DNA from: Barthelona sp. PCE
Taxonomy: Eukaryota
Length of the DNA: 64,000 bases
Direction: 5' to 3'
NCBI GenBank assembly: GCA_040285745.1
Contig: JAUFOR010000006.1
Span: forward strand, 248,001-312,000
How positions within the stretch are numbered: the first letter of the stretch is position 1; each line of letters begins with the position of its first letter. The notes under the pieces were generated by a model. That model had not been told where the DNA came from. It saw only the letters and a list, made by a program, of their open reading frames with translations, and made no database searches. The position numbers and the translations under genes are program-made. Of the stretch, positions 31,887-42,189 are shown piece by piece.

Positions 31887-33425
31887 ATGCATATCTTACT
31901 TAAGTCGACGAATAAGCAGCAGTACGGCTTCGATGTAGAAGAATCATTGAGTGTTGGTGAGCTAAAAGAGTTAGTTCACATTGAAAATGAGACTATTGAT
32001 CCATCCAGGCTCAAGCTAGTTTATAAAGGCAACGTGATGAAGAACGAGGAGCTCCTTGGTCGATATAATATGACTGAAGGTGCTGTTGTTTACATGATTA
32101 ATGCCAGACCTGTACGTAGACCCGTGCAAGAAGAGCCTGCTCCAGCACAAGCGCCCCAGCCAGTCGAGGAACCAGCCCCAGCCGCACAAGAACAGCCTGC
32201 ACAAAGCTCTGGGCCTCGTGTTGATCCCTTTGGAAATCTCGGAAACATGAATTTTTTCAATATGATGGAGCAGTTCATGCGCCCTCCTGCATCGAACGCG
32301 GTCCCCAACGAGGATACAGACCCCGGTTTGGGATCAATGAGACCCCCACAACCTTCAACAGAACAGCCACCCGTTAATCCTTTTGCAGGAATGATGGGAA
32401 TGCCTTCCATGGGCGAGATGAACATGGAGAACATGCAGGAGATGATGAACAATCCCATGATCAGGGACATGATGCGGAACATGAGTGGGTCGCCAGATTT
32501 CTCGAGTATGATTTCCCAAATGGGTAGAAATCATCCTCAAATGCGTCAGATGCTTGAAGACCATCCAGAGATGGCGCAGGTGATGGAGAGCGATGAATTT
32601 AAGGAGACAATAGAGCGTGTCTTAAACGACCCTGATGAGTTGCAAAATTTGATGAGAGATGCTGATAATGCTTTGAACAATATTAATTCACACCCAGATG
32701 GAGAGCGTCTGCTGAACAGGGTTTATACAGAGATGCAACCTTTACAGGACAGTATGACCCCTTCTGAACGTATTGTAAGGCCAAATGATGCGGAGGCGAA
32801 TGAGGAAGTCGAAGCTCGTCCATTTGGAGAGGAGGAGCAGCCTAGAACAAACCCTTTTGCTGCACCTCCAGCCAACCCTTTTGCTGCACCTTCAGCCAAC
32901 CCTTTTGCTGCAATGTCTGGTATGGGAGGTATGGGAGGTATGCCACAGATGACCCCCGAAATGATCCAAATGTCGATGCGTATGCTTAGTGAGAACCCGC
33001 AGATGCTAGAGACAGTTATGAATATGAACCCACAGCTGAGACAGATGGTTGACAGCGATCCCATGTTGGGGATGATGCTGCGCAATCCCTCGATGATGGA
33101 GGGTGTTATGTCGATGATGGGTGGTGGTGCTCCTCCAGCAGCTTCATCCAACACATCTTCTGAACCTACTACACAACCTCCTCGCGTTAACCCATTCGCA
33201 ATGTTCCAGCAGGCAAACCGTCCAGCCCAGCCCCCTCGCGAACCCGCAGTCCAACCCGCAGTCCAACCCGCAGAGCCAGTCCAACCTCCACGTGAGCGCT
33301 TCAGTGGTCAACTTACCCAATTGAGAGATATGGGTTATTTTGATGATGAAGAGAACCTTCGTTTATTGCAACTGTATCACGGCAACATGGCACGTGTGAT
33401 TGGCCATCTTTGCGGTGATTTTTAA
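31887..33425 (+). CDS. Ubiquilin/Dsk2 (UBL-STI1-UBA)
   Basis: N-terminal UBL ('RLKLVYKGNVMK'), Met/Asn/Pro-rich STI1 repeats, C-terminal UBA ('PRERFSGQLTQLRDMGY.D.EENL'). ATG at 31887. Confidence 0.92.
   Translation: MHILLKSTNKQQYGFDVEESLSVGELKELVHIENETIDPSRLKLVYKGNVMKNEELLGRYNMTEGAVVYMINARPVRRPVQEEPAPAQAPQPVEEPAPAAQEQPAQSSGPRVDPFGNLGNMNFFNMMEQFMRPPASNAVPNEDTDPGLGSMRPPQPSTEQPPVNPFAGMMGMPSMGEMNMENMQEMMNNPMIRDMMRNMSGSPDFSSMISQMGRNHPQMRQMLEDHPEMAQVMESDEFKETIERVLNDPDELQNLMRDADNALNNINSHPDGERLLNRVYTEMQPLQDSMTPSERIVRPNDAEANEEVEARPFGEEEQPRTNPFAAPPANPFAAPSANPFAAMSGMGGMGGMPQMTPEMIQMSMRMLSENPQMLETVMNMNPQLRQMVDSDPMLGMMLRNPSMMEGVMSMMGGGAPPAASSNTSSEPTTQPPRVNPFAMFQQANRPAQPPREPAVQPAVQPAEPVQPPRERFSGQLTQLRDMGYFDDEENLRLLQLYHGNMARVIGHLCGDF
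32850..32912 (+). repeat. 24-bp coding tandem repeat (~2.6 copies, NPFAAP[P/S]A)
   Basis: AACCCTTTTGCTGCACCT(C/T)CAGCC twice, plus a partial third copy. Confidence 0.9.
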
Positions 33426-33440
33426 CATATTAATAAAGAA

Positions 33441-36272
33441 CTAGGAGAAATTGCTGATTTGCTCCTCCTTCCACGCAGAAATCTCGTTCTTGAGGTCTGT
33501 GAGCCCAACGAGATCCTCCTCGTGCAGCGGCTGTCTGTTGAAGGGGTTTTCCTTCTTTGTGAGAAGAATACGAGTTATAGTTTGTCGATCCACAATCTCT
33601 CCTGTGGGGAGCTGTACTGGATCCTCCATAACAAGCATTGTGAGCAGGTCGTAGTAGTTGAAGGGTACTTCAATACCATGACTCTGTACAAGCTGATTGA
33701 TATCGCATTTGTCACGTTTGGCTATATACGTCACAAGAGCATCATAAAGTCTGCTGAATGATGAGGGAACAAACGTACTGGCGCTCAACCTGGCGAACAT
33801 ATCCTCTGAGAAGGATCTATCATCAATTACGATGAATTCCAAAACCTTTTCCTCCTGCTCAAGTTGTTTTGAACGGTTATAGATGACTGAAATCAATCCA
33901 ATGACGGCGATAACGATGTCGACGAACTTTGAGCGGGTATTACTCATGGAGCGCTGATCTAGGACGGTGTTATGAGACTCTAACAGTTCGAAGTAAGATT
34001 TGCATGTATACAACAGCTGTGAAACAACACCCGCACCAACTTCACCTGTTAAAAAGACATCAGTGGCCTTAACAGCATAGAGCAACAAGCTGAGATATTC
34101 CAGAGTGACGTCTGAGTGTCGGAGTATTTTTGTTATAGTATCTTCCAATGATGGCTCATTCTCATCGTCTTCGTTCCTCTGCATATGATCCGCAGACGGC
34201 ATAAAGTCTGGAACATCCTCAGTGCTACGTGTGGCTGCAGACGATGCACCGTTTCGTAACCGCTTAAAGCCCCCTATTGCTTCTTCTATCATATATCCTG
34301 AATCGTTCAACAAACAGTTAATGAACTCACGAGGGTCAATATCATTGAAGGCGCTTTGCACGTCCTTGGGGTATTTGCTCATGATGGATTTGAGTGCCTC
34401 GTTGAGTGGTGTTCTGGCACGGAATTTTAGAAATGGTTCAAATTCCTCAACAGCAACGTATATTTCCAAACAAGCTTTCAATATAGGCTGCACCAGAACG
34501 TGGGGGATTACTAACTTGGCGACGATGGGAAGTGTCTTTGCTATTTCAAGACGATCGTGGAGCGTGACATATGGTGTATCATTCAGAAATTTATCAACAA
34601 AACCATAAAAAATTCCAGCATCGCAGTTGAACTTCTTAAACAGGGTGTAGACTAACAGTGTGAGCTTTGCAACGTCCTTAACAAGGAAATCAGGCATTTG
34701 GCGAAGTGCTATTTCATGACCTTGTGAAATCATTCGAAATACAAGGGGTAAGAAAGAGTTCTGAACCGAATCTACACAATCAGCAACGAGAACGACACCA
34801 AAAGTGTTCAATTCGAGGTTCCATATTAATGCATCACGTTGTTGTTGTGAAATTCCAGGTCTGTTAACGGCTGAGCTCATTTGCATATGATAATCCCAGC
34901 TCGACAACAAGCCTATAGATGAGATTCGTGTGTAAGCTGCAAACACTTGACTGCGCCAATCACATTCATAAAAAGAATCATTTGTTTTTTCCTGTACAGT
35001 GTTGAAACTGCAAAAGTCCTGAGTAATAAACGCAGATGTGATCCTACCGGTATTTACCTTCGCGAGGATGCATGCAAGCACACCGCTTAAACTATAAAAG
35101 AAAGAATCTCCACATACCTTGAAAGGATCATATTGCATCTTTGTTCTGTCTATGTTCAAGTCAATGACATCTCCGATCCATTCTATGAACATGAGGCGGC
35201 CGATGTCAGTCTCCACAATAGCATGAAATACATTGCGTACGGAGGTACTAATTCTTCTGAAGAAATCTTCACGTTGTCTCTTATCATCTGTCAGATTACG
35301 CATTGACTTGCGCGCTGGGTTCTTATCGATCATCATGGAGAGAGGTCCAGCACCCAGATACCGTAGATTAGGTAAGGGAATCCAGCTGAGTATACGACCA
35401 ATGATGCAATCATTCTCCATTGTAAAAGCACTATCTCTCCTAATGAACTTGTCGTTCATCATTGCCGCGGCAACAAAACCTGCAAAACGACATACTGATG
35501 TTAATACTGATAATGTATCAAAATATTCTTGTGGGAATGGAACTGTGCAGTATTTTCCAATCCTCTGTAGGATCATGTTTAAGAACTTCTCGCAGTATTC
35601 ATCTTCGCCAAACATTTCATTAAATAAACAATTAAAAATTTTGGTTTGAGCACTATCTTTAACCAAAAATGTGTAAAGATTATTGAACATAGATCCGTTT
35701 AGAACTAATTCAGCAAAGTAAGCAATAGTTGCCTTCTTGATGTGACGTGTTCCTTCCTGAAATAATTTTAAAAGTAATCCAAATTTTTTTGGACGATTTG
35801 AAACGATTCCTAACACTAAAGGATACAAGGTCTCAGCCATTTCACAGATCTCAATATCCTCCTGGGTGACAGAGTATGTGCATATGTCTTCAATTATGAT
35901 ATATTCAATATCGTAACGTAGTTCTGGTGCGGGTTCACAGATAGGCTTCATTTCCTCCTTCTCAACAGGTTCATCAATTTGTTCAATTGTTTCCATTGGC
36001 TCTTTGGCAACGGGAATATCCTCAACAACATGCTCCATTGTGCAAGATTCATCGCTAATATTATCTTCAGACTGCACGGTTTCTGTAACAATATCGACGC
36101 TTTCATCAACAACAATCGGCACCATCTCCGGTTCCTGGACGGTAACAGTGTTTTCAGGCTCCTTTTCTTCAATAATGAGACGTCCACCAAATTTAGGTCT
36201 ATTTGCAGCAGGTTTTTGTGTTTTTTTTACCCCAGCTGACCTTCCAAAGCCCTTTTTCGCTCGCCTGAACAT
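33441..36272 (-). CDS. UFD2: U-box E4 ubiquitin ligase Ufd2/UBE4
   Basis: 'N.DRTKMQ.D', 'FINCLLND..Y..EE', 'DDRSF', and a C-terminal U-box 'VP..YYDLL...VMEDPV.LP...VDR.TI...LL....NPFNRQPL'. Confidence 0.88.
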   Translation of the reverse strand: MFRRAKKGFGRSAGVKKTQKPAANRPKFGGRLIIEEKEPENTVTVQEPEMVPIVVDESVDIVTETVQSEDNISDESCTMEHVVEDIPVAKEPMETIEQIDEPVEKEEMKPICEPAPELRYDIEYIIIEDICTYSVTQEDIEICEMAETLYPLVLGIVSNRPKKFGLLLKLFQEGTRHIKKATIAYFAELVLNGSMFNNLYTFLVKDSAQTKIFNCLFNEMFGEDEYCEKFLNMILQRIGKYCTVPFPQEYFDTLSVLTSVCRFAGFVAAAMMNDKFIRRDSAFTMENDCIIGRILSWIPLPNLRYLGAGPLSMMIDKNPARKSMRNLTDDKRQREDFFRRISTSVRNVFHAIVETDIGRLMFIEWIGDVIDLNIDRTKMQYDPFKVCGDSFFYSLSGVLACILAKVNTGRITSAFITQDFCSFNTVQEKTNDSFYECDWRSQVFAAYTRISSIGLLSSWDYHMQMSSAVNRPGISQQQRDALIWNLELNTFGVVLVADCVDSVQNSFLPLVFRMISQGHEIALRQMPDFLVKDVAKLTLLVYTLFKKFNCDAGIFYGFVDKFLNDTPYVTLHDRLEIAKTLPIVAKLVIPHVLVQPILKACLEIYVAVEEFEPFLKFRARTPLNEALKSIMSKYPKDVQSAFNDIDPREFINCLLNDSGYMIEEAIGGFKRLRNGASSAATRSTEDVPDFMPSADHMQRNEDDENEPSLEDTITKILRHSDVTLEYLSLLLYAVKATDVFLTGEVGAGVVSQLLYTCKSYFELLESHNTVLDQRSMSNTRSKFVDIVIAVIGLISVIYNRSKQLEQEEKVLEFIVIDDRSFSEDMFARLSASTFVPSSFSRLYDALVTYIAKRDKCDINQLVQSHGIEVPFNYYDLLTMLVMEDPVQLPTGEIVDRQTITRILLTKKENPFNRQPLHEEDLVGLTDLKNEISAWKEEQISNFS

Positions 36273-36323
36273 TTAAAGTGATCCCTAAAAGACAGAAAAT
36301 TCCACTAACAGAAATGTTTACAT

Positions 36324-39263
36324 TTACTTAAAAAGCAAAAATTGTTTAAATTCATCTGGTATGGTGTTGAACTGATGTCTTCTCAAAGCTCTGCACCTAA
36401 AAACTCCATTTTTCACTAGTTTATCCAGTTTCTTAAATACAAATTCCTTAACATCTAACTCTTCAATTTCATCTTCAACTAAATCATCATCATTTTTCTT
36501 AATTAAATGATATTTCGTCAATATTGAAGGAATTACAGAAACGTTCATATCTTTAAGCATATAAAGTAACACAGAACGCCACACTAATCTTGATAATGGT
36601 TCAGGCATCTCTTTAATTTTATCAGAGAAAATTTTTCTTTTCTTAATACCATGCAATATCATCGCCTGGATCTCATTCACCGATCCAATAGAAGGATTTG
36701 CATAAAACTCTATAGGGCAATGCATCTGGAGGACAGGATCATATACGGATCTCAAACTTTCTCTGGATTTCTTCCAATACTTACGAGCGTAGACGCTGTT
36801 GACCATACGGGTGTACTCCAGTGCGTAGAAGAAGAGATTAAGTCGATCTGACCAATATCCATTAGGTGTGATGTTAACAGATTTAATCAATGCCCAATAT
36901 TCCAGTGTCGTTACTGTTACCCTAGGACGTCTGTTCCTTTTATCCTTCTTACTCACATTTTGTGCTACTTCCTTTGATTGCCTATTTATAGGAATTAGAC
37001 CTGGCATTCTTGGATCTACAGGAATTATTTTTTCGCAAATACGCTGTTCAATATTCTTGTAATGATTATTCTCACGCAGTATACGGAAGAAGCCACCCTC
37101 ATGCAGCTCTTGATCGTAGTAATCCTTAACTAAAGAAAAGACCGGATCATTTTCATCCGTATTAAAAGCCGGATGAGAGTTGGCTGCAAAGAAAAGACTC
37201 GATGAATCAAGTGATACATTGTCCGTTAATGAACTCAGTGGAACTGACATTTCACTCGGCATCTCACATCCATCAGTTGGTTTTTCTTGTAATGCCACAA
37301 TAGTTTCTTTTTGAAGCATCTGTGCCTCTGTCAGATCAGGGATATCACTGAATCCAAACAGGGGCTTCTCTTCTTGTTGAAGAGCGTGATGACATTGCAA
37401 GAAAAGGGCAAACAAAAAACAGTCAACTTCCCAAGAAAGTGAAACTTCAACGCTATTCTTTGCAATATAATCGTAATAGAACTCGTGCCTTACGATTTGA
37501 TTTTGACCACATTCAGTCGCATCATAATCACGAATAACCTTAATGATCTTTTGAGTATCTTCAAACATTAATCTTTCACTGTTTTCTCTTCCCATAGCTG
37601 CTACCATGTCAGTCCTTACAATTATCCTGTTTGGTGGTTCGATAGCAATGTCTTCTAATTCTTCTTGTTCAACCAAATTCATAATTGCATCAAGCTCACC
37701 AGTGTACTTTTCATCAGCCATCATATTGGCAACGTTTGGCGTGGGGGAGTTGCATACGATGCTCTTTGTCCCAGAAACCATTTGTTCATGCACTTGATTG
37801 AGTTGAATATCCGATCCCGTTGGTTCTTCACTGACTTCTTCACTGACTTCTTCTTCAGGTTCACTGTTCAGTGTTTGTGTGAGAAAGTCAAATTCGTTGC
37901 TTGTGGCGGCGGGTTCGAATCCATTATAAGGCAGTTCATCAAGTTGTTCAACCTCTTCCTCTTCCTCTATTTCTTCTTCCTCTTCCTCTATTTCTTCTTC
38001 CTCTTCCTCTATTTCTTCTTCCTCTATTTCTTCTTCTTCTTCTTCCTCTATTTCTTCTTCCTCTTCCTCTATTTCTTCTTCAGCTTCCTCTTCTTCAGCT
38101 TCCTCTTCTTCAGCTTCCTCGGATTGAACCTCTCCAGCTTCTCCAGCTTCAACTTCTTCAGTTTCCTCTTCCTCTGATTCAACCTCAACTTCTTCGTCCT
38201 CCTCATTCATATTCAACGTATGCTTAACATCATCAAAACCTTCAAAACTTGCATCAAGCGACGATTCCTGGGTAATAACAGGTTGTGATCCGCTCGACTG
38301 AGTTAAACTAATGAGAAATTCAAGTGCCTTACGTTGATCCTTCACAGGTAAAGAACCGAGTTTTTCAAATAATTCAACATTAAACGGTTTATCGTCAGTC
38401 TTCTGTATTTTAGACGGAAGCCCTACTTCTGTGATGGTTAAATTTGTTTCTGTTCCAGTTCCAGTGGTTATCATGGAAGAAATCCGTGATTTTCTGGGAG
38501 TTTGACTTGAACTCTCAACTAAATGATTATGTTGATTAAGGAAATCAGACAAAGGCCCTGAAATACCATATTCTTTAATAATTGCTTGATCAAAATTATC
38601 TCTCAAAAATTCTTCTTCTTCAATTGTTATTTCAACATCAAGAATTAAAAATAATGCTTGAATTACTTCTCTTCTCTTAATATCTACACCTTCAATGTCA
38701 ATTTGTTCAAATACAGCGTTTAGAGAACGTTGTAATGTTGGTGTTGATGATCTTATCGCCATTTCTTCATATAGTTGATTGTAATGACCACTTAATTCAA
38801 TGCTATCATGCTCTGTAATGACTCCTTCCTCCATAGCATCCTTCAGACGGAACGCTATTTCGGCTGTTTCAGGAGGAGTGTTGTTTTGTAAACATTCATG
38901 AACGTGAGAAAAAACACTATAAAGAAAGCAACTTCTTTTTAGGCTATCATACTGATTGAAATCCATATGTGCTTCGTTAAATATATGTGCTGCATAATCA
39001 CAAAAGCTATCTAAAGTTACAAAGAAATACTTTAGGCTTTTTTCATCGACCTCATCAATTGGATAAAATCTTGATATGAAAATCTTGTGCAAGTTAGAGT
39101 TTTCCCCATCCATTTGCAAAAAAAAATCCTCAGAAAATGATGAACGATCAACCTCAAGAACTTGGCTCCAAAAATCCTCTAAATGATCATATTTTTTGCT
39201 TGACAGTAGTGCTTTGGCGGCTACCATGACAAGCTTCGCTACTTCTGTTGTTTCTTGACTCAT
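36324..39263 (-). CDS. Hypothetical acidic protein with a central poly-Glu tract
   Basis: 979-aa ORF with no family recognised. Confidence 0.7.
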   Translation of the reverse strand: MSQETTEVAKLVMVAAKALLSSKKYDHLEDFWSQVLEVDRSSFSEDFFLQMDGENSNLHKIFISRFYPIDEVDEKSLKYFFVTLDSFCDYAAHIFNEAHMDFNQYDSLKRSCFLYSVFSHVHECLQNNTPPETAEIAFRLKDAMEEGVITEHDSIELSGHYNQLYEEMAIRSSTPTLQRSLNAVFEQIDIEGVDIKRREVIQALFLILDVEITIEEEEFLRDNFDQAIIKEYGISGPLSDFLNQHNHLVESSSQTPRKSRISSMITTGTGTETNLTITEVGLPSKIQKTDDKPFNVELFEKLGSLPVKDQRKALEFLISLTQSSGSQPVITQESSLDASFEGFDDVKHTLNMNEEDEEVEVESEEEETEEVEAGEAGEVQSEEAEEEEAEEEEAEEEIEEEEEEIEEEEEEEIEEEEIEEEEEEIEEEEEEIEEEEEVEQLDELPYNGFEPAATSNEFDFLTQTLNSEPEEEVSEEVSEEPTGSDIQLNQVHEQMVSGTKSIVCNSPTPNVANMMADEKYTGELDAIMNLVEQEELEDIAIEPPNRIIVRTDMVAAMGRENSERLMFEDTQKIIKVIRDYDATECGQNQIVRHEFYYDYIAKNSVEVSLSWEVDCFLFALFLQCHHALQQEEKPLFGFSDIPDLTEAQMLQKETIVALQEKPTDGCEMPSEMSVPLSSLTDNVSLDSSSLFFAANSHPAFNTDENDPVFSLVKDYYDQELHEGGFFRILRENNHYKNIEQRICEKIIPVDPRMPGLIPINRQSKEVAQNVSKKDKRNRRPRVTVTTLEYWALIKSVNITPNGYWSDRLNLFFYALEYTRMVNSVYARKYWKKSRESLRSVYDPVLQMHCPIEFYANPSIGSVNEIQAMILHGIKKRKIFSDKIKEMPEPLSRLVWRSVLLYMLKDMNVSVIPSILTKYHLIKKNDDDLVEDEIEELDVKEFVFKKLDKLVKNGVFRCRALRRHQFNTIPDEFKQFLLFK
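37952..38210 (-). repeat. Coding low-complexity tandem repeat (EEIEEEE / EEAEEE units)
   Basis: Repeated TCTTCCTCTTCCTCTATTTCT-type ~21-bp units on the + strand, and TCTTCTTCAGCTTCC units. Confidence 0.9.
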
Positions 39264-39501
39264 AAAGTCAGTTTGTTTTGAAAAGGGTGAAAAATCGTGT
39301 AACAGTTCTGTTAGGCCTCAAAAGTTAGGGTTGCACCTAAACGTATTTCAATTTCTCACCATTTTAAGGTTTCCTATTTATTGTTCAGTGATCTTTTAAA
39401 ACAGCAATTAGCAAAGGTTCCGTTTTTATGCAAGTTGCCTTTCTTTATTAACGATTATTCTCGTTCCAAGCGTGTAAAACGGGTGCATTTGATTCAATGA
39501 C

Positions 39502-39550
39502 GTATGACCTTGTTGAACAAACTGTTATAACTTTACACAACTAATTCTAG
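39502..39550 (+). other. Candidate 49-nt intron immediately upstream of the KIFBP start codon
   Basis: GTATGA...AACTAAT-TCTAG. The branch motif is 5 nt, not 6 nt, from the AG end, and it has no reading-frame support. Confidence 0.5.
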
Positions 39551-39552
39551 GG

Positions 39553-41076
39553 ATGCCTAAAGAATCAAAGCGACTTATTCGAGAGTCGTACGACATTCAA
39601 ATCAGCGATGATTGGCCAACACCACCAAGTTTAGAACTCACAGATGAAAGTTTATTTACTTCAGGTCTAGCTTTTTATGAGCAATGTCAAGACGTTCAAA
39701 TTGATCCAAAACGTCCTTTTGACTTGAGATACATTCTCCGTGACTTTTTTACGGAGGCCATCGATAAACTTATTGATAAGCATCAAATTGGTGTATTTAG
39801 AACACTGAAGGGAATCATGTGCATGGATACAGAAGATAACTACGAGGCCGTGCGCCAACTTGATCTTGCACATGACGCTCTTGAGTCTTTAGACGGTTAT
39901 GATGATGTTTTTATGCCATACAAATTATTGTGTCTTCAAACAATGGGTAGATTGCATTTTTCACGTGGAGAGCACGAGAGAGCGCTCATATATCTTGAAG
40001 TAGCAGAAGAAATGGGTAAAGAATATGAAAGTGTTAATTCCAAAATGCACCAATCACATACTTTAACTTTATATTACCTTGCACAATGTTTAGCAGCAAG
40101 CGACGATGCCAGGACAGCAGCTATGTTGTTAGATGTACTTAAAAGACAAAAGAAAGAAGAAGGAAGTGATTTGGATGTGAAAGAGTGGTTGTTTAAAGTA
40201 TTGGAACTCAGTCAGTATTTTTTGAGTGAGAAAGATTATGAAGCACATGAACAGATCCTAGATATGATCAAAGAGAACTATAATGTACTGGATATTATGG
40301 AAGAAAGCACGCGTCAATTATTGGCTAATTATAATTTATGTATTGCAAGACAACATGCAGCACAAATAGAAGATTTAATGAATGAATATCCCGAGTTTGA
40401 TTCTAATAACACAGAAGTTTTTGATATAGTTAAAGAACATTTTACTTTTGCCAATGATTCTTATCAAAAAGCATTGGAGTTTTATATACTTGATGGTTTT
40501 GTTACTGATCATTGCAATATAAAAAGAGATATTGCTCAGCTTTATCATCAATATGCGCATTTTTATGAGAAACGTAGAGCTCTCTATTATATGCGTCGTG
40601 CAGATGTCTTACATAAACTTTTAGGTGAAATTACCCGTGAACATTATCTTGAACTAAACCGTGTTATGCACTATGAGGCAGGCGAGGCATACTCCCTAGT
40701 GTTTTATGAACGAATTAAAACAGTTCCTGATCGTTCAAGATTAGCGGTTGTAATCAAGCCAGCTTTGAACCACTTTAAGCAGTTTAGGGAATGTTGTTTC
40801 ATCAGAGACACGTTGTCTGAGGAGTATTCAGCATTGTATGTTACTTCTTTGATTCATTCAGGTAAGTTGCATCTGGAGCTTGAAGGTGATTTAACCGTGG
40901 TCATAAAGGGTCATAAGGAGGCTGTCAAGTGCTTTGAAGAGGCCGTCGATGTGTATGAGAGACAGAAGGATAAGGATATTGACGATATTGAAAGTATGAA
41001 GGAACATAGTGAGTTTGCAGCAAAAATGAAGGAACTAATAGTTGAAAAACTATCTTTGATTGGAAAGAATCAATAA
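39553..41076 (+). CDS. KIFBP: Kinesin family binding protein (KBP/KIF1BP)
   Basis: 'HTLTLYYLAQ', 'EW......LSQYFL', 'ALEFYILDGFVTDH..I..D...LY' are hallmarks of the KBP TPR-like domain. Confidence 0.85.
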   Translation: MPKESKRLIRESYDIQISDDWPTPPSLELTDESLFTSGLAFYEQCQDVQIDPKRPFDLRYILRDFFTEAIDKLIDKHQIGVFRTLKGIMCMDTEDNYEAVRQLDLAHDALESLDGYDDVFMPYKLLCLQTMGRLHFSRGEHERALIYLEVAEEMGKEYESVNSKMHQSHTLTLYYLAQCLAASDDARTAAMLLDVLKRQKKEEGSDLDVKEWLFKVLELSQYFLSEKDYEAHEQILDMIKENYNVLDIMEESTRQLLANYNLCIARQHAAQIEDLMNEYPEFDSNNTEVFDIVKEHFTFANDSYQKALEFYILDGFVTDHCNIKRDIAQLYHQYAHFYEKRRALYYMRRADVLHKLLGEITREHYLELNRVMHYEAGEAYSLVFYERIKTVPDRSRLAVVIKPALNHFKQFRECCFIRDTLSEEYSALYVTSLIHSGKLHLELEGDLTVVIKGHKEAVKCFEEAVDVYERQKDKDIDDIESMKEHSEFAAKMKELIVEKLSLIGKNQ

Positions 41077-41181
41077 AGTCGTAGTTGTTATGTTTGTATT
41101 TCAGTGTTATATAGCTGTTATTCATTTTTTTTCTTTTTTTTGTTTTTTGGCTCATCTTGTCAAGGGTGTGTTTTGTGAAGC

Positions 41182-42123
41182 ATGAGTTACTTTGACTTGT
41201 CTAATACATTGACAGCTGTTTTTCTAGATGAAAACTGTAATTTTTTAGCATCTGCACGGCGTTTGAGGGACGAAACTCTTTGTGTGCAGGTCACTTGTGT
41301 AGAGGATCATTCTAAAATCGATGAAATTGAGGTACATGATCCAGATTGTGGTTATGAAGTTGAGTTGTTGAAAGATGCTTTAACTGGGGATTTGATGCTT
41401 GTTACCAAGGGAATAGGCTACGAATTTAGCGTTTCAGATGAATATAAGCTTATCTTAGTAAGAAATGTAGAGTTTGATTCAAGTTTTGCTTCATTTACAG
41501 CTTATAATAATGAAATGTTGTATACTTTTGCGATTATGAACGGGAAGATGCCCGTTATAAGGCGATTAAACAGCAAAACTAATGAAAATGAGTTATTATA
41601 TACATATTTAAGCAATGGAGACAGTAGAATTGAAAACTTTTTTGTTCATGGTGATTTGGCTTTTGTATTTGGCCAACATTTATATTTCGAGATACTCCGT
41701 CCAAATATCAAACGCAAAGCTTTTTATTATGAAGATGTTAATTCATTATTACCTAATTATTTATCAGATTTATATTATAAGGAAAAAAATTGTTACATGA
41801 TTCCTTTTTTGCATAATAGAACTGTACTTTCATACATCATTGTTGACAGATTAACATTTCAAACAAGATATATATCTACTGAAATGAAATTTTCTGAACA
41901 AAATATAGTTTTTGGTTCACATAGATTAGTTGGTTTCAGAAATACTATTTTTGTTGTGAGTGATTTTGATACTGACAAAGATATTATTGTATTAGAACAA
42001 AGAAATGTTAATATGGATGATTTGATTGTAACTGGTATTTGTGGGACTAGTGTTTTGTTCAACAGAAGAGATACAAATGTACCCGACTTGATAGTGTTTG
42101 ATTACAGTGATTCCACAGGATAA
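41182..42123 (+). CDS. Hypothetical protein (beta-rich)
   Basis: 313-aa ORF with no motif recognised. Confidence 0.65.
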   Translation: MSYFDLSNTLTAVFLDENCNFLASARRLRDETLCVQVTCVEDHSKIDEIEVHDPDCGYEVELLKDALTGDLMLVTKGIGYEFSVSDEYKLILVRNVEFDSSFASFTAYNNEMLYTFAIMNGKMPVIRRLNSKTNENELLYTYLSNGDSRIENFFVHGDLAFVFGQHLYFEILRPNIKRKAFYYEDVNSLLPNYLSDLYYKEKNCYMIPFLHNRTVLSYIIVDRLTFQTRYISTEMKFSEQNIVFGSHRLVGFRNTIFVVSDFDTDKDIIVLEQRNVNMDDLIVTGICGTSVLFNRRDTNVPDLIVFDYSDSTG

Positions 42124-42189
42124 ACAAACGAAAAGGTTGCTGAACTATTACTCACAACACAAAAAATTTTTTACATATTTGGCACGCTT

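Noticed and set aside
37665-38227. Phe/Leu-rich and Leu/Pro-rich plus-strand ORFs
   Set aside because: They are antisense shadows of the poly-Glu repeat in the 36324..39263 gene.
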